DNA of 64,000 nucleotides, from the NCBI GenBank assembly GCA_964523105.1, contig CAZFZN010000018.1:21786-85785 (forward strand), read 5' to 3'. Shown here piece after piece: positions 34,377-49,000 of the stretch (positions are counted from its first letter, which is position 1; each line of letters opens with the position of its first letter). The DNA comes from an uncultured Akkermansia sp. (GTDB lineage: Bacteria > Verrucomicrobiota > Verrucomicrobiia > Verrucomicrobiales > V1-33). Both the position numbers and the translations under genes were made by a program. The notes under the pieces are model-generated. The model worked only from the letters and a program-made list of their open reading frames with translations. It was not told where the DNA came from and searched no databases.

Positions 34377-36626
34377 TCAGGCCCGGGCCGGCGGGGCCGG
34401 CAGAAGCGCGGGGGCGCGAAGAGCGGCGGCAAAGTCGCCGCACGCGAATTCCTCCCGCAGGGCCGATTCCGGGGCGGCGTTGAGCACGAACCCCGCCGGC
34501 CGTGCTCCGGCCGCTGTCAGACGGTTCACAGTTTGCAGGACTTCGCTCCGCCTCGTCCGTGCGGCGTGCACCACGAGGCACACGGCATCCGCGTGGCGCG
34601 CCAGCGGCAGGGCGTCGGCATACCGCCCGGCAGCCGCGGTGTCGATCACGACGCGGTGAAACCACTTGAGCGATTCCTGCAGGAGCCGGGCAAAGGCCGG
34701 TTCGCCGAGCACTTCCGCCGGATGAGCCCGCGGCGTCCCCGCGGAAAACAGAAACAGATTGGGCCGCTCCGTCCGGCGGCAGAGCTTCGCCTCGGCGTCA
34801 AATTCCCCGCTGAGATAATCCGCCAGGCCGGCGTCCGCGCGGCCGTTGAGCAGGATGTCGTCCAGCACCGGCGCGCGGAGATTGGCATCGATGAGCAGGG
34901 TGCGATAGCCCTGCTGGGCGAGGCTGGCGGCGAAATTGACAGCGAGGCTGGTCTTGCCTTCGCCGGGACAGGCGCTGGTGAAGAGAAAGCTCCTGGCGCC
35001 GCCCGGCCGTCCCGCGGTGGCCAGCGAGGCGCGCAGACTGCGGATCGACTCCTCGGCCGCGCTGTCCTGCCGGCTTCCATAAGTCAGCAGTTCCCTGCCG
35101 GTGCCGGGTTTGAGGCGGGGCATAACAGTGAGGCACGGCATACGGAGCAGACGCTCCGCCGCAGCGGCGCTGCGGATGGTGCGGTCCAGCAGCAGGAGCA
35201 GCGCGATGACTGCGATGCCCAGCATGCCGCCGCCAAAAGCACCGGCCGCCAGGGTCAGGAGCCGGCGCGGCTTCCACGGCGCGGAGGGCACGAGCGGCTC
35301 GGCCACCACCCGAAGCGCCCCGGTGCCGAAGCCCGCATTGGCCCTCTCCTCGTTCAGTCGCGTCAGGACGCTGGAGTAGGTTTCACGCGAGGACTTCAGT
35401 TCACGCGCGAGAGTTTGAAACTCGCCCGCCACGACCGCGAACCGGTTCTGCTGATCCTTGAGCGAGGCAATCTCGCGCTCGATGCGTGCGGCATTTTCCC
35501 GGGCTTTGGAGTGCTTCGCCTGCTCCTCCCGGGCGGCGGTCAGGAGCGATTGCCGCAGGCCGCCCGCGATCTCCTGGATTTGCTGCTGCATCGCCCGGTA
35601 CGCCGGATGTTTGGGGCCGTAATCGGTTTCGGCAAACTTCGCCTGCGCTTCGCCGAGAGCTTTGCGCTGCGCGATGACCGCCTCCTGTGAGGCGAGGCCC
35701 GGCACCGCGAGCAGCGCCTGGATGTCCGTGCCGGCGGCGTCGATGCGTGCCATTTGTGCTGCAAGTCCTGCGAGCTCCGCGCCGGCCCTGACGGCGTCGG
35801 TTTCGAGAACTTTGAGACGGTCCTCAAAGCCGTTGGTCTTCATGTCGGAAGGCGACTCCTCCAGCGGCAGCGCCGGATAATCCGCGCGGAATTCATTCAC
35901 TGCTTTTTGTGAGGAATCCATGCGGCCCTTCGCCTCCCCGGCCTCCCGCTCCAGCGCCGCGATGGCTTTTTCCTTGAGAGGCGAGATGGAGTCGGGGTCG
36001 CGCTGCACGACGAGATCGATGATCATCTGACAGATGTCCCTCGCGCGCTTCGGATCGGTGTCCTCAACGTGAATGACGATGTTTCGGGTGCCGCGCTCCA
36101 GGGTGGCGGAAACGCGGCGGCTCAACGCCATGACCGCCTGATCGTCTGTCAGTCCCTCCCCGGCCTGCTCGCCTGCGAGGACCGGATCGTGGTGAAGCTT
36201 GAAGCGATGCGCCACTTCCAGCAGCACATTCTGCCCGGCGATCTGACGCTCGATGCTGCGCAGCATTTCCAGCGACTTCAAATCCTCGCCCCGCATCGTG
36301 GTGGAGGGAATCAGTTCACTGCGCTCCTGCACCACGCCGATTTCACCGAGCGCCAGATACAGGACCGGGGACCGTTTCAGATAGTACCATGCCGCCGCGA
36401 TGCACAGTCCGGTGCAGAGCAGCAGCACCGGCCAGAACCGGCGCAGCGCCCTGACCGCTGCACTGAAGTCGATGGCGGGAGGATCCGCGGCGGGCGGCTG
36501 CATGAGTGATTGCAGCAGTTGCAGCTGCAGCACCGGCAGCGACGCCGTGGCGTCCGGCGGACGGGGCGCGCTTTCGGCGGCCACGGGCGTGAGCAGCTTT
36601 TCGGCGGACGGGCTGGATTCGTTCAT
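34377..36626 (-). CDS. Polysaccharide co-polymerase / BY-kinase-type protein (Wzc/GumC-like)
   Basis: 749 aa from ATG 36626. It has a Wzz-type N-terminal region with a long coiled-coil segment between two TM helices. The C-terminal P-loop domain has 'SACPGEGKTSLAVNFAASLAQ' (Walker A), 'LLIDANLRAP' (A') and 'VVIDTAA' (B). No C-terminal tyrosine cluster is visible. Confidence 0.85.
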   Translation of the reverse strand: MNESSPSAEKLLTPVAAESAPRPPDATASLPVLQLQLLQSLMQPPAADPPAIDFSAAVRALRRFWPVLLLCTGLCIAAAWYYLKRSPVLYLALGEIGVVQERSELIPSTTMRGEDLKSLEMLRSIERQIAGQNVLLEVAHRFKLHHDPVLAGEQAGEGLTDDQAVMALSRRVSATLERGTRNIVIHVEDTDPKRARDICQMIIDLVVQRDPDSISPLKEKAIAALEREAGEAKGRMDSSQKAVNEFRADYPALPLEESPSDMKTNGFEDRLKVLETDAVRAGAELAGLAAQMARIDAAGTDIQALLAVPGLASQEAVIAQRKALGEAQAKFAETDYGPKHPAYRAMQQQIQEIAGGLRQSLLTAAREEQAKHSKARENAARIEREIASLKDQQNRFAVVAGEFQTLARELKSSRETYSSVLTRLNEERANAGFGTGALRVVAEPLVPSAPWKPRRLLTLAAGAFGGGMLGIAVIALLLLLDRTIRSAAAAERLLRMPCLTVMPRLKPGTGRELLTYGSRQDSAAEESIRSLRASLATAGRPGGARSFLFTSACPGEGKTSLAVNFAASLAQQGYRTLLIDANLRAPVLDDILLNGRADAGLADYLSGEFDAEAKLCRRTERPNLFLFSAGTPRAHPAEVLGEPAFARLLQESLKWFHRVVIDTAAAGRYADALPLARHADAVCLVVHAARTRRSEVLQTVNRLTAAGARPAGFVLNAAPESALREEFACGDFAAALRAPALLPAPPARA

Positions 36627-36639
36627 GGCGTGAGGCCGG

Positions 36640-37206
36640 TTAGAAAGCGGCTTCCTTGACCCAGATGACGTCGCCGTCGCGCAGCGGAACATCGGTCTGC
36701 GGATGGCGCAGGATGTTTTTGACATTGACCTCAAAGGTCCGGCTGCCGCGCTTCAGCAGGACAGTGCGCTGGTTGGCGCGGGTGTTGAAGCTTCCCGCCG
36801 TGCCGATGGCCTCCAGCAGCGTCATCGTGCGGTTGCGCGGCAGGGCGAAATTCCCGGGCCGGTTCACCTGCCCGGCCACGGTGAAGCTGGCGCGCGCGTA
36901 TTCGACGACATTCACCGAAACCTGGGGCTTTTTGAGCCAGCCGTCAGCGTAGAGAGCCTCGATGCGCGCCCGCGCCTGCACCGGTGTCAGCCCGGCGAGC
37001 GCGATGCCGCCGATGAACTGCAGTGATACGGAACCGTCCGCGCCGATGGGGCCGCGCACGCTGAGTTCGTCGTGCTTGAAGACGCGGATTTCGACGGTGT
37101 CGCCGGCCCGCAGTTTGTAGGCGGAGTTGCCGGCATCCTGCGCCGCCAGCACGCCGGCGGACGCGGCTAACATCAGGACGTGCACGAGTTGCTTCAGTCG
37201 GTTCAT
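36640..37206 (-). CDS. Periplasmic polysaccharide export protein (Wza-like Poly_export + SLBB, short form)
   Basis: Signal peptide 'LMLAASAGVLAAQD'; 'YKLRAGDTVEIRVF'; 'GPIGADGSVSLQFIGGIALAGLT'; and C-terminal 'PLRDGDVIWV'. Confidence 0.8.
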   Translation of the reverse strand: MNRLKQLVHVLMLAASAGVLAAQDAGNSAYKLRAGDTVEIRVFKHDELSVRGPIGADGSVSLQFIGGIALAGLTPVQARARIEALYADGWLKKPQVSVNVVEYARASFTVAGQVNRPGNFALPRNRTMTLLEAIGTAGSFNTRANQRTVLLKRGSRTFEVNVKNILRHPQTDVPLRDGDVIWVKEAAF

Positions 37207-37254
37207 GTTTTTACGGCGATAATGTGGGAATGGATGTTGTTAGGTGTCGGGGCG

Positions 37255-38631
37255 TCAAAAGTCGCAGGCAAAGGCCAGGCCCGCCTGCGCGGCATCGAAG
37301 TCGTAGAGATCGATGGTCGAGTCGTCGTGGCGGCGGCTGTAGTAGAGTTCGAGGCGGCGGCCCTGCCTCAGCTCGTACCGCAGACTGGGCCGGATGAAGA
37401 AGTACTCGTCCTTGCGCCGGCTCCCGGGTGCTCCGGCCCTGGCAGGTTCGTAATCCAGCTCTTCATAGCCCGCTTCGATGCCGGCTGTGAGAGACCGGCC
37501 CAGACTTTGCTGCACACGAAGTGAAGCGCCGGTGCGGGTGACGTTTTCACCGTCCACCGAGCCGCTGGCGGTGACGTCCCGATAGACTGTTCCGCTGATC
37601 GCAGTGCGTGCCGTGGGGCGGTATGCGGCGGTGATGTCGAAGACCGGGGTATCCTGCGAACCGGCCTCCGTGTCGCGCCACTCCATGCCGCCTTTGGCCT
37701 CGAGTGTCAGCTTCCCCGCCGGGGCCACGCTGACTTTGACGAGCGCGCGGGTGAAGTCCTGCTTCTGCTGCCCCTCCACATTGAGTTGGCCCATGGCGCC
37801 GCCCACCGCGACTTCCGTCCGGCCGGAAAACCGGTAACCGACGTAAGTTTCCGCGACCCATTCATCATAGTCCTCCAGCGCTCCCTCGCGGTAATGGACG
37901 CTGTTCCAGCCGGCGCTGGCATCGATCATGGTATTGCCGCCCAATTCATAGCGCGCGCGAACCCGGGCCGCGGCTTCGTCGCGATCCACGCGGTCACTCA
38001 ATTCAACCGTGGCGCCGGAGAGCCGCTGATACCGGCCGTCCACACCCAGCACGAGCCGGCCCAGCCGTTTCTGAGCATCGAATCCCAGACTGTGATCCAG
38101 GCTGTTTTCCTCACTGTGGCTGGCGAAGACGCTGGCGGAAGCCGCATAACCCGCTGAGACATAGGTGCCTTGTTTCGAGGTCACGTCACCGCGCTGATAT
38201 CGCAGAGAAGGTGTCAGCAGGAACACGAAATCCTCCTCCTCTTTGCCCGGACGGCTCAGGGAAATATTGTCGTCGTAAATGGCCCGGGACTCCACCGAGA
38301 GGGTCCATCGCTTCTTCGCTTCCACCGGAGCCAGGGCCTCCAGCGGGGCATTCTCCATGCCTTCCGGCATCAGCGGGATGGCCGGCTCCAGCGGGGAAAG
38401 CTCCGTGGTGACACTCACCGGGCCACCGGCCTGCGCAGGAACACTCGCGCTGCGCACGGGTACTCTTGTGGCCCGGGGAATCGGTGCGCCGAAACCAGCT
38501 GGAGCACTGTCCGTGTCCGCTCGCAGCTCCGCAGCAGCGGTCGAAATCCAGAGTGCCGCCATTAATCCCGACACGATGCTGCCGCGGCGGCATCGCAGGC
38601 CACTGGGGCAACAGAAGGCGGTCGGGTTCAT
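37255..38631 (-). CDS. Outer-membrane beta-barrel protein associated with the EPS locus
   Basis: A signal-like N-terminus and an alternating hydrophobic/polar strand pattern over ~330 aa. The C-terminus is aromatic ('GLAFACDF'). Confidence 0.65.
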   Translation of the reverse strand: MNPTAFCCPSGLRCRRGSIVSGLMAALWISTAAAELRADTDSAPAGFGAPIPRATRVPVRSASVPAQAGGPVSVTTELSPLEPAIPLMPEGMENAPLEALAPVEAKKRWTLSVESRAIYDDNISLSRPGKEEEDFVFLLTPSLRYQRGDVTSKQGTYVSAGYAASASVFASHSEENSLDHSLGFDAQKRLGRLVLGVDGRYQRLSGATVELSDRVDRDEAAARVRARYELGGNTMIDASAGWNSVHYREGALEDYDEWVAETYVGYRFSGRTEVAVGGAMGQLNVEGQQKQDFTRALVKVSVAPAGKLTLEAKGGMEWRDTEAGSQDTPVFDITAAYRPTARTAISGTVYRDVTASGSVDGENVTRTGASLRVQQSLGRSLTAGIEAGYEELDYEPARAGAPGSRRKDEYFFIRPSLRYELRQGRRLELYYSRRHDDSTIDLYDFDAAQAGLAFACDF

Positions 38632-38886
38632 TTTTGAAATTGAGAAAAAATCTTACAAGTGATTCTAAGTATAGGCAGTTCGTCGGCGGTGTCCACAAAT
38701 TTTATAATTTCAAGGCTCAATGCTTCCTTTTAGCAATGACTGTATTCGCGCCCCGAGCGCCTTCGGCTGCATTACGCCGGGAGAATGCTCAATGACCCTT
38801 GAAATTCCATTCCGTATTGCAATTCTGGTTTTTAGAATTATCCGTCTTAGCCCGGCGTATTACAAATTTCACCACCACGATCCCGC

Positions 38887-39659
38887 ATGGAACTCATCGC
38901 CTTTCAAATCGACATCGCATGGCATGATTTCGAGGCCAATCTCGCAGGGATCACTGCCCTGCTTGAAATTGCCCGCCCGGCTTCCGGCGCGCTGATCGTG
39001 CTGCCGGAAATGTGCCTCAGCGGATTCAGCCGGGAGGTTGCGGCCGCGACGGCGGGCTGCTCTGCGGGCGAAAGCGCCCTGGCAGGGCTGGCAAAAGCCC
39101 ATGGCGTCGCGATCATGGCCGGTTTGGCGGTTCCGGGGACGAACTGCGGCGCGAATGAATCCGTGACGTGGGGGCCTGACGGGCGCGAACTGGCGCGCTA
39201 CCGGAAATTGCAGCCCTTCTCGCTCGCAGGAGAGCAGGAAAATTACCCTGCCGGCGACCGGGTGGTGACCTTTCAATATGGCGGATTCACCATCGCGCCG
39301 TTCATCTGTTATGATCTGCGCTTTCCGGAACTCTTCCGCGCCGCGGCGGTCAAGGGTGCTGAACTGATCGCCGTAGTCGCGAACTGGCCGAACCAGCGTC
39401 AGCACCACTGGACCACGCTTCTCAAAGCCCGCGCCATCGAAAACCAGGCGGCGGTCATCGGAGTGAACCGGGCCGGCACCGATCCTGAATTCACCTACGA
39501 TGGCGGCAGTCTCATCCTCGGACCGCAGGCGGAAGTGCTGGCAGAGGCCGGCAGCGCGCCCGGTTTCATCCGTGCGGAGATCACTCCCGAACTCGTGCGC
39601 GAATGGCGCGACCGCTTTCCTGCACTGCGCGACCGCCGTTCCGACTACGCCCAGCTGTG

Positions 39660-39660
<1 letters not shown>
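38887..39660 (+). CDS. Carbon-nitrogen hydrolase (nitrilase superfamily) protein
   Basis: Glu-Lys-Cys triad contexts 'LIVLPEMCLSGF', 'YRKLQPFS' and 'APFICYDLRFPELF'. The stop overlaps the NRPS start (TGATG at 39658-39662). Confidence 0.85.
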
Positions 39661-45929
<6,269 letters not shown>

Positions 45930-46073
45930 ACTCAGAATCGCCAACTGCCCGCAGCAAGGCCGTCCCGGCCTTGTCGAGTCGCGCCGACACGTCACGCGCG
46001 CTCCAATTGCCATGTGCAACCACCAAGGGCGGGACGCCCTTGCCACGGCTCTCCCGCAATTCCGCACTTCCTC

Positions 46074-49000
46074 ATGCCTGCTGAAACAGACACTCCTCTG
46101 GATGGAATCGCCATCGTCGGCATGGCCGGACGCTTTCCTGGCGCGCCGGATATTGACGCGTTCTGGCGCGTCCTGACCGAAGGCCGTGAGACCATCACCA
46201 CCTTCGACCGCAGCACACTGCCCGCTGAAGAGCCGGCTAATGATGCCGACTACGTCCCCCGTCGCGGCATCCTGGAAAAGCCGGAGTGGTTCGACGCCGC
46301 ATTCTTCAACATCGCTCCGCGCGAAGCCGAAGTCATGGACCCGCAGCAGCGCGTCTTCTTGGAACTCGCATGGCACGCGCTGGAAAACGCCGGCTGCGAT
46401 CCGCAGCAGTTTGCCGGCTCCATCGGCGTCTTCGCCGGGATGAGCAACAATTCGTGGCTCCAGCACCGTGTTCTGCCCAACAGGGAACTCCGCCAGCAGG
46501 TCGGCTACGAGAACGCGATGATCTGCAACGAGAAGGACTATCTCGCCACGCGCACCGCGTACAAACTGAACCTCCGCGGCCCTGCGCTCAACATCTACAC
46601 CGCGTGCAGCACCTCGCTCGTGGCCGTGTGTCAGGCGGTGCAGGCGCTGCAAAGTTTCCAGTGCGACGCCGCTCTCGCCGGCGGCATCAGCATCAAGTGG
46701 CCGCAGGAACGCGGCTTCACTGCGCAGGAGGGCAGCATCTATTCGCCCGACGGCCACTGCCGCCCCTACGATGCCGCCGCCACCGGCACCGTCTTCAGCA
46801 ACGGCGCGGGCGTCGTCGTATTGAAACGACTCGAAGACGCCGTGCGCGACGGCGATCACATCTGGGCCGTTATCAAAGGCGCGGCGCTCAACAACGATGG
46901 CGCGGATAAAGTCAGCTTCACCGCGCCCAGCGTGGACGGGCATGCAGAAGTCATCTCGCTGGCCTACGCGCTCGCCGGATTCGAGCCGGACACCATCGGC
47001 TACGTCGAAGGCCACGGCACCGCCACCCCCATTGGCGACCCCATCGAAGTCGCTGGCCTGACAAAAGCCTTCAGACAAGGAACAGAGCGCACCAACTTCT
47101 GCGGTTTGGGATCGTTGAAGTCCAACACCGGCCACATGGACGCCGCCAGTGGTGTGGCTGGATTGATAAAGGCCACACTGGCTGTGCATCACGCGAAGCT
47201 GCCGCCGACGCTGCATTTCAAATCGCCAAACCCGGCGCTGATGCTGGAGACCACGCCGTTCTTCGTCGTGGATAAGCTCCAGGACTGGAAATCGAACGGC
47301 CCGCGCCGCGCCGGCGTCAGCAGCTTTGGCGTTGGCGGCACGAACGCGCACGTGGCATTGGAGCAAGCCCCCGCAACCGTGGCCCAGGCTTCCAGCCTGT
47401 GTGGCGTGTCCGCGGGCTTCCAGCCTGCGGAAGCCAGTGCAGGCTGGAAGCCCGCGCAAAACGTCACAGCCAGGATGGCTGTGCTGCCGCTCTCCGCCAG
47501 ATCCCCCGCCGCGCTTGATTCCATCTGCGAAAACCTCGCCGCATGGCTGGAAACTCAAGACGCCCGGCTCGCCGACGTCGCATGGACTTTACAAACTGGA
47601 CGCCGCAGCTTCCCCCACCGCCGCGTCATCGTTGCTGCGAACAAATTGGAAGCCATCGCGCATCTCCGCGCCAAAGCCGCGGCGGTGAAACAGGACCGAA
47701 GCAATGTCCCCGTCGTGTTCATCTTCCCCGGTCAGGGCGCCCAGCACCTGAGGATGGGCGCCGGGACTTACGCAGCGGAGCCGGTCTTTCGCGAAGCTTT
47801 CGATCAATGCGCGGACCTTTTCGCATCACACGGGATCGATCTGCACGCGCTGCTCAAAGTGGCCGGGGCTGCCAGCCCGCAGAGTGAAGACTCCGGGCTG
47901 GAAGCCCGGGCCACGGACGCCGCCGCTCTCAATGAAACGCGTCACACCCAGCCCGCGCTGTTCGCCGTCGAATATGCTCTCGCGGTTCTACTAACATCGT
48001 GGGGCTTCAAGCCCGCCGGAATGCTAGGCCACAGCATCGGTGAATATGTCGCCGCCACCCTTGCCGGCACGTTTTTCTTGGAAGACGCCGTAAAGCTGGT
48101 CGCCGCGCGCGGTCGCATCATGTTCGCCCAGCCTGCCGGCTCCATGCTCGCCGTGCGGCTCCCGGAAGCGGAAGTCGCCGCAAAGCTGCCGGCCACGCTC
48201 GACATCGCCACCATCAACGGCCCCGGCAACACGGTCGTCGCCGGGCCGACAGATGACATCACAGCCTTCGCAGCTGTATTGGAAAAAGACGGCATCAGCG
48301 CCACGGTGCTGAAAACCAGTCATGCCTTTCACAGCCGCATGATGGACGGCGCGCTGGAGGAATTCCGTGCGGCTTTTGAAGGCATCACGCTCCGCGAGCC
48401 GGAGACGCCGTGGATTTCCAATGTGTCAGGCAAAACGATCACCGCCGCGGACGCGACCTCGCCCGACTACTGGGTGCGCCACCTCCGCAACGCTGTGCGC
48501 TTCGCCGACGGCATCGCCGCTCTGACCGCGGAGGGACCGTGCGTGTTCATCGAGTACGGCCCGGGCACATCGTTCGCGCCGCTCATCCGCCAGCATCCTG
48601 CGGCGAAGGACTGCGAATGCGTGTCGCTGTTCCCGCCTGCCAAAGACGAAGGCACCGGAGAACATCGTGTGCTGCTCGCCGGCATTGGCAGGCTGTGGAT
48701 GGCGGGCGTGACGATTGATTGGAAAGCCCTGCACAGCGGGCCGCGCAGCAAGGTGCCGCTGCCGGGCTATCCATTCGAGCGGCAGCGGTTTTGCCCGGAT
48801 GTGGCGTTGCCGGCGGGCACGCAGCGGGATGGTGAGGGGTGGTTGATTTACCCTGATACCATGGCGGGCGATCTCTCACGCCCCTCCGGGGCTGAACAGA
48901 ATTTGGTGGGCGGCATTTCCGGCGGTTCCGCTTCGCTCCACCACCGGCTAATATCTGACGGCCCTCCGGGCCTCCAATCCATCAGTGCCTCCCGTGCGGC

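Noticed and set aside
39603-39659. Longer NRPS start at 39603. The same applies to the longer PKS start at 46014.
   Set aside because: The 39603 start would overlap 58 nt of the CN-hydrolase gene. ATG 39660 gives a TGATG coupling and begins right at the C-domain 'FPLTPLQQGML' block. The 46014 start adds 20 non-conserved residues before 'DGIAIVGMAGRFPGA'. Both are uncertain at the level of a few codons.
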